From: Gemmatimonadota bacterium
Lineage (GTDB): Bacteria; Gemmatimonadota; Gemmatimonadetes; Gemmatimonadales; GWC2-71-9
NCBI GenBank assembly: GCA_039588295.1
Contig: JBDHAB010000041.1
Coordinates: 1 to 25,726 of the forward strand
DNA length: 25,726 nt
Direction: 5' to 3'
In this document: positions 1 through 7,593 of the stretch, in pieces
Layout: the number at the start of each line of letters is the position of its first letter
Numbering within the stretch: the first letter of the stretch is position 1
The notes under the pieces: generated by a model
Told to the model about the DNA's origin: nothing
Database searches by the model: none
Seen by the model: only the letters and a program-made list of their open reading frames with translations
Translations under genes and position numbers: made by a program

Positions 1-25
1 CGCCGTCACGGATCGTCCGGATCAT
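1..25 (-). CDS. Possible 5' end of a leaderless gene running off the left edge (MIRTIRDG...)
   Basis: Minus-strand ATG at 25-23 lies 7 nt downstream of a TATCTT -10-like hexamer (38-33), with no SD. Only 8 codons are visible. Confidence 0.35.
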
Positions 26-83
26 AGCATCGAAGATATCGCAGCGGAGGCGACAGGACGACACCGAACGACCTGCCGCACTG

Positions 84-96
84 GCCTTTCGCTCAC
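84..96 (+). repeat. 13-bp direct repeat GCCTTTCGCTCAC, copy 1
   Basis: Identical to 2415-2427; the two copies bracket the M48 gene and its upstream operator. Confidence 0.75.
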
Positions 97-122
97 GCCG
101 AAGATGGGCAGTTGCACTGGAG

Positions 123-149
123 GTAGCGCTCTGGTACCCAGAGTGCTAT
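123..149 (+). promoter_or_regulatory. CIRCE element (HrcA operator)
   Basis: GTAGCGCTC-TGGTACCCA-GAGTGCTAT versus consensus TTAGCACTC-N9-GAGTGCTAA: exact 9-nt spacer and 15/18 matches. It ends 32 nt upstream of an HtpX-like peptidase ATG, and its right arm overlaps a TG-c-TATTTC extended -10-like motif. Confidence 0.72.
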
Positions 150-181
150 TTCCGTCTTCGGGCTCCCTGTGAGATCCCGGA

Positions 182-2407
182 ATGAACCAACAACCTGATC
201 CTGCAGGCCAAGTTGCTGACCGGGAGGCGGCGCTCCTATGCTCCGCCGACGTCCGTATCGTACCGGTCAGGATCGCCCTGCCCTATCAGCTTGGCCTGGT
301 CGTGGTTGCCGCGGCAATGTTGCTGCTGCCCGTGCTCTACGTGGCCTTGATCGGGGTGCTCGCGTTCTTCGTCTGGATGCACGCAGTGCATAGCCCCGCG
401 GTCATCTTCCAAGCTGGCATCGGAATCTGGCGCGCCGCCGTATACGTCGGTCCGCTCGTGGCCGGCGCAGTCGGCGTCTTGTTCATGATCAAGCCGATCC
501 TGGCCAAGCCGCCCAAACCACCTCGGCCCCTTGGACTTGCGCGCACTAACCAATCCTTGCTGTTCGAATTCGTCGAGCGTCTCTGCCGAGCCCTCGGTGC
601 ACCGCCACCGCAAGAGATTCGCGTGGACATGCAAGTCAACGCCTCTGCAAGCTATCGTCGTGGCCTACGCAGCCTGTTCGGCAAGGACCTCGTACTCACA
701 CTCGGCATGCCGCTCGCGGCCGGCCTCAACGTGGACCAACTCGCGGGCATCTTGGCCCACGAATTCGGCCACTTCAGCCAGACAACGGCAATGCGCTTTA
801 CGTACGTCATCGCCAGGATCAACCACTGGTTTGCACGGGTGGTCTACGAGCGCGATCAGTGGGACCTGAAGCTGACCACATGGAGCGAGAATGCCACCAC
901 GGGCTTTGTCCAGTTCGTGCTACTGCTCGCACAATTCTCGGTTTGGCTGTCGCGCCGAATCCTCTGGATCCTGATGTATGTTGGACACGCGCTGTCCGCC
1001 TTCCTCTCCCGGCAAATGGAGCACAACGCGGACGCACACGAAGTGCAGCTTATCGGGAGTGCGGGCTTCCGGCAAACCTATCTGCGTATGGGACTGCTCC
1101 AGATAGCCACCCAGTCCGCCCTCGGACAGGTGGAGAAGATGTGGGCCGAGCGTCGACTGGCAAGGGACCTGCCGGCGCTCGTCCTCGTGCACGCGGAGCG
1201 AATCGAGCAAAACGTGGAGACAATGTCTCAGATCGAGCGAGGTATGCTCGAGCAGCGTGCCAGGATGTTCGATACGCACCCCTCCGGCGCCGAACGAATC
1301 CGCCGCGCCGAGCGCTCGACGGTCACACCGGCAATGACATGCCCGGAACCGGCATCCGCTCTGTTCCGCAAGTTTGGATCGCTTGCCGAGCGCTCGACGC
1401 TCGCGTTCTACCAGTCCACCGTCGGGGAGGAGACGGGCAACGCAGCACTAGTCGGGCCCGAAGACGCTGCGGCGGGCCTCGCCAAGGCGGTGGCGTTAGG
1501 GCAGGCTACCGAACGCGTAGCGTTCGGAGGTGCCGTGATGGGTTTCGGCATCGCGCCTAAGTCGCTGGAGCCCGTCGTGCCCAGCAGTGTCCCCGCCGGT
1601 ATCGCCGCCCTGGAGCGTGCGCGCCAACACACCCAGTCCCTCCGAGGGTCCGTTCCGTCGCTCGTCAATGACTACGATACGGCATACGACAAGCTGCAGA
1701 GAGTCGGAACCGCGCTGCTGCTCGACGCCGCGGGTATGCGATACTCCCCCAAGGATCTGGACCTTCCCACCAAAGAGACCGCTGCGTTGCTCGCGCTGGA
1801 ACAGTCGACCGAGGAGGAGCGTCAGCGGGCACGTGAGGCGATGAGGCCGGTGTTCGCCGCGATCGAGGACCGCGTGGACGCCGCTGTTGCACTCGCCATG
1901 CATCCGAACGTGCGTCCGCGGCTTGCCGATGCCGGCCCCACGCTCGCCAACTTCCATGCGATTGGTGAGACCCTTGTAACGCTGGCCGCGTCATGGCAGC
2001 AGCTTGCGCGGCTGGGCACGAAATGCCGAGATCTCTCCATGCTGGTGAACGGAATTGACGCGTACGGCGGGGACGAGCACTTCCAGGGGCATATCCAACG
2101 GGTGATTTCAGAGACCTTCGACCTTTTGGGGAGGCTGTTCGGCCGCCTCAACGAGACGCCGTATCCGTTCGAGCACGCTCACGGCACCGTCAGCATCGCA
2201 CGTTACGCGGTACCGACAAGACCGACCGCGGACATTCAGATCCTCGATCACGCCTTGGGCGCGTTGAATCGTGTCATGTCGCTATACGAGCGCTGTTGGG
2301 GGGAGATAGCCGCGCTCGTAGAAGAGGTCGAGGCGGCAGTGGGGATGGCGCCACTGGACGCGCAGGAGGGAACCAACTCGAACGATCCCCCTGACGACCG
2401 TCCGTAA
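182..2407 (+). CDS. M48 family (HtpX/Ste24-like) membrane zinc metallopeptidase with long C-terminal extension, 741 aa
   Basis: N-terminal TM helices, VNASA strand, HEXXH motif (LAHEFGHF), SRQMEHNAD third-ligand motif and FDTHPSGAERI motif, followed by more than 300 extra residues of helical-looking sequence. Confidence 0.92.
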   Translation: MNQQPDPAGQVADREAALLCSADVRIVPVRIALPYQLGLVVVAAAMLLLPVLYVALIGVLAFFVWMHAVHSPAVIFQAGIGIWRAAVYVGPLVAGAVGVLFMIKPILAKPPKPPRPLGLARTNQSLLFEFVERLCRALGAPPPQEIRVDMQVNASASYRRGLRSLFGKDLVLTLGMPLAAGLNVDQLAGILAHEFGHFSQTTAMRFTYVIARINHWFARVVYERDQWDLKLTTWSENATTGFVQFVLLLAQFSVWLSRRILWILMYVGHALSAFLSRQMEHNADAHEVQLIGSAGFRQTYLRMGLLQIATQSALGQVEKMWAERRLARDLPALVLVHAERIEQNVETMSQIERGMLEQRARMFDTHPSGAERIRRAERSTVTPAMTCPEPASALFRKFGSLAERSTLAFYQSTVGEETGNAALVGPEDAAAGLAKAVALGQATERVAFGGAVMGFGIAPKSLEPVVPSSVPAGIAALERARQHTQSLRGSVPSLVNDYDTAYDKLQRVGTALLLDAAGMRYSPKDLDLPTKETAALLALEQSTEEERQRAREAMRPVFAAIEDRVDAAVALAMHPNVRPRLADAGPTLANFHAIGETLVTLAASWQQLARLGTKCRDLSMLVNGIDAYGGDEHFQGHIQRVISETFDLLGRLFGRLNETPYPFEHAHGTVSIARYAVPTRPTADIQILDHALGALNRVMSLYERCWGEIAALVEEVEAAVGMAPLDAQEGTNSNDPPDDRP

Positions 2408-2414
2408 CATCCCC

Positions 2415-2427
2415 GCCTTTCGCTCAC
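2415..2427 (+). repeat. 13-bp direct repeat GCCTTTCGCTCAC, copy 2
   Basis: Identical to 84-96; starts 7 nt after the M48 stop codon. Confidence 0.75.
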
Positions 2428-2433
2428 AACACC

Positions 2434-2471
2434 AGAGCCCCGCACGCTCGATTCGGAGCGTGCGGGGCTCT
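2434..2471. terminator. Perfect 16-bp hairpin between convergent genes, probably a bidirectional terminator
   Basis: AGAGCCCCGCACGCTC-GATTCG-GAGCGTGCGGGGCTCT; no strong U-tract on either side. Confidence 0.7.
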
Positions 2472-2483
2472 CAACCATCCTGC

Positions 2484-2518
2484 CCCTTCTCCCTTCTCCC
2501 TTCTCCCTTATCCCTTCG
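2484..2518. repeat. Heptamer tandem repeat (CCCTTCT)x5
   Basis: CCCTTCT CCCTTCT CCCTTCT CCCTTAT CCCTTCG, abutting the stop codon at 2519. Confidence 0.9.
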
Positions 2519-4630
2519 CTATTGCACCAACTCCAACTCAATCGGCTGCCCCGTGGGCACGATCTTCACAATGCGGCGCGGGGACTCCTGCGTCACGTAC
2601 ATCGTCACCGGTTGCTCGCCACCCGTCATTTCGACCTTGAACGTGGAGAACGTTCCCGCCGGGACTGTGATCTCCTCGATCCCCGAGACCTTGAGCGTGA
2701 GCGCCGCCGTAGTACCCTTATCGGCCTGAAACGCGTTCACCGTGAACTCGGCGCCCTCGGCCAACGCGAACGTCGGAAGCAACGCCTGGATCGCGTTGTC
2801 ATCGACCACACCGTCCAGCACTTCGGCGTCGATGTCAAGTGACTTGATCTCGCCGGTAGGCTGGGGGGTCTGCGAGGTTCCCGTCACGCGACCGCCCTCG
2901 TACACCAGGTGCGTCTCGGCCGAGTTCCCCTGGAACGAGAGCGACTGGTCGACCGTCTTCATCACCACCGGTGCCACCGACAACGTCACGTTGCTCTCTT
3001 GATTCATCCCCATCACGGCGATGGACATCGTCTGGTTGATCGTGACGTCGTTGCCGTCCCGCATGACTTCCGAGACCAACACTCCGACGGCGTTCCCCTG
3101 CGCCAGCATGCGGAACGAATCCCGTCGTGCCACGAGCTGGTCCAGATCCAACTCCAGCGCCGCGGCTTTGGGCGTGAGGTCCTCCGGAGTGAGCGGCTCG
3201 CCTTCCACGTCGATGATCTCCACCGGCGCGATCGCACTCAACTTGTCGTACAGCGCCTGACCGTCACCCACGACCACGACCACCGCCGAGTCGGGCCGGT
3301 AGACCCTGCGCGCAGCCGCCATCGCCTGTCTGACCGTCACGGCATCCACCCGCTGACCGTACGTGCGCACGAAGTCGATGCCCCGGTCCAACAGGATGGC
3401 ACTCGCCACCTGACTCGCGATCTGCTGCGGGGTCTGGATGGTCAACGGATAGGATCCCACGAGATAGCCTTTGGCCGCCACCATCTCGGAGTCCGGAATC
3501 GCTTCTACGCGCATCCGGCGGATCTGATGCATCAGCTCCACCAACGAGCTGTCGGTGACCGGAGTGCGTACCTCTGCGGAGGCCTGGAAATACCCGCCGT
3601 CCTTTCGCGTCGAGAGCCCTGAGTACGAACCGTAGGTCCACCCCTTCTCCTCGCGCAGAATCATGAACAACCGGGCGTCGGCACCGCCGCCCAATACCTT
3701 GTTGGCCACCTCGGCCGCGTGGTACGTGCCGTCCTCGATCGGACGGACGGCCAGGTTCCCCACGAGGATGTTGGACTGAACCGACCCCGGCCGGTGCAAC
3801 AACGTGATCTTGGTCGGGGCCGCTGTCGACGGCGCAGCGTATGTCGCACTCGGGCTCTTCCCACGCCACGAGCCCAGGTACCGCTCCGCAGCCTCCTGCG
3901 CATCGGCAAGCGAGATGTCACCCGCCAATACGAGGATCGAGCCTTCAGGCTTGAGATAGGTGCTCGCCCACTCGCGTACGGCGTCCTGTGTGTACGCTTC
4001 CACGGATTCCTCCGTATACTGCCGGCCATACGGATGGTCGCCGTAGAGCGCTTTTTGGAAATACCGCCCCGCGAGCGCGCCTGGGCTGGACTTCTCGACC
4101 TGGATCGCCGAGAGCATGCGCGTGCGCGCGAGTTCCAACTCGGACTCGGGGTACGTCGCGTTGAGCAACACGTCGCTCAACAAGTCGAACCCCAAGTCCA
4201 CGTTCTCCGTCAACACCGTGCTGAACGCGGAGAAGAAGTCCGAGCCTGCACTGGCGCTGATGCTCCCACCCACGCCTTCGATCTCGGCGGCGATCTCTTC
4301 CGCCGACCGGCGCGCGGTGCCCTTGGTCATGAGCTCGCCGACCATCGAGGCCAAGCCTTCCATGCCTCTGGGATCCTCACGGCTGCCCGCCCGCATGCTC
4401 AACCGGATGCTCACGATCGGCAAGCGGTGGTTCTCCACGACGAGCAACCGGAGACCGTTCGACAGCTGTGCTTCCTGCACCTCCGGGAACGGCAACGGCC
4501 GAAGCTCGGTCGCCGGGGGCGGCTCGGTCGGGAACTGGGCGGCCAGCGCCGTCGGCAGCACCAACAGGGCGGCCACCACGACGAGCGGCAGCGCCGCGAC
4601 ACTCACACTACGTGGCGAACGCGAGCTCAT
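2519..4630 (-). CDS. M16 (insulinase/pitrilysin) family non-catalytic subunit with an extra C-terminal beta-rich (DUF3108-like) domain, 703 aa, signal peptide
   Basis: LSNGLRLLVVE, GLASMVGELMTKGT (no HXXEH), YGDHPYG, LGGG-ARLFMILREEKGWTYG (conserved R/Y pair). The C-terminal ~200 aa contain EEITVPAGTF. ATGA overlap with the upstream M16 gene. Confidence 0.9.
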   Translation of the reverse strand: MSSRSPRSVSVAALPLVVVAALLVLPTALAAQFPTEPPPATELRPLPFPEVQEAQLSNGLRLLVVENHRLPIVSIRLSMRAGSREDPRGMEGLASMVGELMTKGTARRSAEEIAAEIEGVGGSISASAGSDFFSAFSTVLTENVDLGFDLLSDVLLNATYPESELELARTRMLSAIQVEKSSPGALAGRYFQKALYGDHPYGRQYTEESVEAYTQDAVREWASTYLKPEGSILVLAGDISLADAQEAAERYLGSWRGKSPSATYAAPSTAAPTKITLLHRPGSVQSNILVGNLAVRPIEDGTYHAAEVANKVLGGGADARLFMILREEKGWTYGSYSGLSTRKDGGYFQASAEVRTPVTDSSLVELMHQIRRMRVEAIPDSEMVAAKGYLVGSYPLTIQTPQQIASQVASAILLDRGIDFVRTYGQRVDAVTVRQAMAAARRVYRPDSAVVVVVGDGQALYDKLSAIAPVEIIDVEGEPLTPEDLTPKAAALELDLDQLVARRDSFRMLAQGNAVGVLVSEVMRDGNDVTINQTMSIAVMGMNQESNVTLSVAPVVMKTVDQSLSFQGNSAETHLVYEGGRVTGTSQTPQPTGEIKSLDIDAEVLDGVVDDNAIQALLPTFALAEGAEFTVNAFQADKGTTAALTLKVSGIEEITVPAGTFSTFKVEMTGGEQPVTMYVTQESPRRIVKIVPTGQPIELELVQ

Positions 4631-5979
4631 CGGTCACCTCCTTCCTCACCCGCCGCCGGCTTGGGGACGACGACAACAATGTGGCTGTTCTCATCGGAGA
4701 GGTACGTGCGCGCGACTCGTTTGACGTCGTCCACGGTCACGGCCATGTACCCGTCCAAGTCCGTGTTGATTTCATCGATCGAGTCGTGATAGTGCGCGAA
4801 GTGCTGCAGCGCCTGGGACATCCCCATGCTCGTCTGGCGAGAGAAGATCTGGCCGCTCCGGAAGTTGTTCTTGGCCTTTTCGAGTTCCTCCTCCGTCACT
4901 CCTTCTTCCACCACTTTGGCCACTTCGGCGCGGAGCTGTTCTTCCAGCGTCTCCGGGTCGGTCCCCTGGTTCGCGATCGCAAACGTCAGAAACAGCCCGT
5001 AGCCGCGGCGTGATTGGGCGCCCGCCCCCGCCTGGAGCGCCGTCTTCGCCTCGCGCACCATGGAGATGTTGAGCCGTGAGCTCTCCCCCTGGCCCAGGAT
5101 CGTGCTGAGCAGGGACAGCGGCCGCGTGTCGGCTTCCTTGTGCTGCGGGATCGGATACATCGCGATGACCGCCGGCAGATTGGCAAGCTCGTCGTCGAAC
5201 ACCGCGCGCTCGCCATACGTGCCGTATTGTACTGCACATTCGATCGACGGCGGCTGGTTCCCCCGCGGGAGGTCGCCGAAGTACTGCTGGATGAGCTGTT
5301 TCGCTTCCGCGGGCTGGAAATCACCGGCCAGTACCAGTGTGGCGTTGTTGGGTGCGTAGTACAGATCGAAAAACCGCTGCACATCCTCCGTTTCGGCCGC
5401 GTCCAAGTCGTCCATCGACCCGATCACCGTGTGGGCGTAGGCGAAGCAGGCCGTGGAGTCGAACGGCTGCGTCAGGCCGTCGGTGAACGCCCGGGCGTAC
5501 GGCTGGTTGTCTACCCCCAGACGCCGCTCCTCCTTCACGGTCTCGCGCTGGTTTTCGAAGTTCTCATCGGTGACGGCCAGCGACCGCATCCGGTCGGCCT
5601 CGAGCCACAGCGCGAGGTTCAGGCGGTTCGACGGCATCGTCTCGAAGTAGGCGGTGCGGTCCTCGTCGGTGGTGCCGTTCATGTTGCCACCAGCCCGCTC
5701 GACGAGCTGCATGTGTTCGCCTTTCCCCACGTTCGCCGAGCCTTGGAACATCATGTGCTCGAACAGGTGAGCGAAGCCCGAGCGGCCCAGCCGCTCGTTG
5801 GCGCTGCCCACGTTAAACCAGATGTTCACCGTCACCACCGCCGCCGAATGGTCCTCGGCGAGGATGACGCGCATCCCGTTGGGCAACGTGTACATCTCGT
5901 ATTGCGCCAGTCCCTGCGCCGCGATCGGTGAGCCCCCGAACGCCAGCGCCGCCAGGACGGCGTACGCGACTCGTCGCAT
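4627..5979 (-). CDS. M16 family zinc peptidase, catalytic subunit, about 450 aa, signal peptide
   Basis: HXXEH motif (GFAHLFEHMMFQGS), NGTT, WLEADRM, VKEERR, YYAPNNA. Start placed at ATG 5979 behind an AAGGAG SD. Confidence 0.95.
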   Translation of the reverse strand: MRRVAYAVLAALAFGGSPIAAQGLAQYEMYTLPNGMRVILAEDHSAAVVTVNIWFNVGSANERLGRSGFAHLFEHMMFQGSANVGKGEHMQLVERAGGNMNGTTDEDRTAYFETMPSNRLNLALWLEADRMRSLAVTDENFENQRETVKEERRLGVDNQPYARAFTDGLTQPFDSTACFAYAHTVIGSMDDLDAAETEDVQRFFDLYYAPNNATLVLAGDFQPAEAKQLIQQYFGDLPRGNQPPSIECAVQYGTYGERAVFDDELANLPAVIAMYPIPQHKEADTRPLSLLSTILGQGESSRLNISMVREAKTALQAGAGAQSRRGYGLFLTFAIANQGTDPETLEEQLRAEVAKVVEEGVTEEELEKAKNNFRSGQIFSRQTSMGMSQALQHFAHYHDSIDEINTDLDGYMAVTVDDVKRVARTYLSDENSHIVVVVPKPAAGEEGGDR

Positions 5980-6012
5980 GGTGCGCGCTCCTTGGATCAT
6001 CATGTGTCGGGA

Positions 6013-6041
6013 AGCCTACCGGGGCGGCGAGGACGGGTCAA
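6013..6041 (-). promoter_or_regulatory. Sigma70-like promoter for the M16 pair
   Basis: Minus strand TTGACC (6041-6036), 17 nt spacer, TAGGCT (6018-6013). Confidence 0.6.
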
Positions 6042-6131
6042 CTGCTGCTCCCTCTTCCCTCCTACCCTCTTCGAGCGGACCTTTAAGGACTCTCTCACCG
6101 TCCTCACCGTCCGCGGTCCCGGAGGAACCTC

Positions 6132-7583
6132 ATGCGCCGAATCGCCCCTGGGCTGCTCGCCCTCGTCGTGGCCACACCCGCCCTCGCTCAACCGTCTTCA
6201 CTGCGCGACCATCCCCGCGTCCAGGAGGCACTGACCGTGCTTGACCTGTGGGTCGATGCGCAGCGCGCGTATGAGGACATCCCCGGCATCTCCCTGGCCG
6301 TCGTGCACGATCAGGAGCTCCTGTGGGCGAAGGGCTTCGGATACGCCAACCGGGAGCGGCAGACACCGGCCACACCCGAGACCATTTACTCGATCTGCTC
6401 GATCTCGAAGCTGTTTACCTCGGTGGGTGTGATGCAGCTCCGCGACGCCGGGAAGCTCCGGCTCGACGATCCCGTGGGGCGGCATCTCGCGTGGTTCGAC
6501 CTCCAGGACAAGTATCCCGATGCACCACCGGTCACGATCGAGGGGATGCTCACGCACTCGTCCGGTCTGCCGCGGGAATCGGACTATCCGTATTGGTCGC
6601 CGCCGGACTTCCCGTTCCCCACGCGCGAGCAGCTCATCGAGCGCCTATCGGACCAGGAGGAGCTGTACCCCGGCGCCCAGTACTATCAGTACTCCAATCT
6701 CGCTCTCTCACTCCTCGGCGAGATCGTGGCCGCGATCTCGGGGCAGCCATACGCAGATTACGTGCGGGCCAACATCCTGGACCGCTTGGGGATGAACGCC
6801 ACGACGCCCGAGATCCCGGCCGAGCTGCACGGCGCGCGCATGGCCCAGGGATACACCGCCCGCACGCGGGACGGCACGCGTCCGGCGGTGCGCGTGTTCC
6901 AGGCGCGTGGCATCGCGCCGGCAGCCGGCTACGCCTCGACGGTTGGGGACCTCGCGAAGTTCGCGTCGTGGCAGTTCCGGGTGCTGCATCACGGTGCGGA
7001 CGAGCTGCTCAACCGGAACACGCTCCGGGAGATGTACCGCGTGCACTGGGTCGATCCCGATTGGGAAGCGAAGCGGGGATTGGGTTTCGGCACGTGGCGC
7101 GCGAACGACAAGACCTACGTGGGGCACGGCGGCAGCTGTCCCGGCTACCGCTCCCACCTCAACCTTCAGCCCGACGACAAGATCGCGACGATCTTCATGT
7201 CCAACGCGGGCGGGGTGAACAGCAACCGGTTCACCGCGCGCGCGCAGGAGATCATGGGCCCCGCCATCAAGGCGGCGCTCGACACCAACCACACCGAGGA
7301 GCCCGCCGATCCGGCCCTTGCGACCTACACGGGCACCTACGATGAGGCTCCCTGGTGGGGTGAGAGCGCGGTGGTGATCTGGAAGGGAAAGCTGGCCGTG
7401 TTCACGTTCCCAACCGATGACCCGCTCGAATCGATGTTCGAGCTCACGCAGGTTGGCGAGCACCGCTTCCAGCGCGTGCGTGACGACGGATCACTCGGTG
7501 AGGAGGTCCAGTTTGACGTGGGACCCGACGGGCGCGCGACCCGCATGTGGCGCCACTCGAACTTCAGTCCCAGGGTGCGGTAG
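6132..7583 (+). CDS. Serine hydrolase, beta-lactamase class C/S12 peptidase family, with C-terminal DUF3471-like domain, 483 aa, signal peptide
   Basis: SxxK (SISK), YxN (YSN), HGG and LTHSSGL motifs; GGAGG SD; Ala-rich signal peptide ending ALA-Q. Confidence 0.92.
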   Translation: MRRIAPGLLALVVATPALAQPSSLRDHPRVQEALTVLDLWVDAQRAYEDIPGISLAVVHDQELLWAKGFGYANRERQTPATPETIYSICSISKLFTSVGVMQLRDAGKLRLDDPVGRHLAWFDLQDKYPDAPPVTIEGMLTHSSGLPRESDYPYWSPPDFPFPTREQLIERLSDQEELYPGAQYYQYSNLALSLLGEIVAAISGQPYADYVRANILDRLGMNATTPEIPAELHGARMAQGYTARTRDGTRPAVRVFQARGIAPAAGYASTVGDLAKFASWQFRVLHHGADELLNRNTLREMYRVHWVDPDWEAKRGLGFGTWRANDKTYVGHGGSCPGYRSHLNLQPDDKIATIFMSNAGGVNSNRFTARAQEIMGPAIKAALDTNHTEEPADPALATYTGTYDEAPWWGESAVVIWKGKLAVFTFPTDDPLESMFELTQVGEHRFQRVRDDGSLGEEVQFDVGPDGRATRMWRHSNFSPRVR

Positions 7584-7593
7584 GCTTCGCACG

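Noticed and set aside
92..173. Hairpin as an integron attC site or known riboswitch
   Set aside because: No RYYYAAC/GTTRRRY boxes, no integrase and no riboswitch consensus that I recognise; CIRCE explains the core palindrome.
5745..5780. About 35-bp near-identical DNA shared with about 16708-16743
   Set aside because: Both encode the conserved GFAHLFEHMMF motif of paralogous M16 peptidases; not a mobile repeat.
6132..7583. Calling this an AmpC antibiotic-resistance gene
   Set aside because: HGG instead of KTG and a C-terminal DUF3471-like domain indicate a general S12 serine hydrolase; resistance cannot be inferred.
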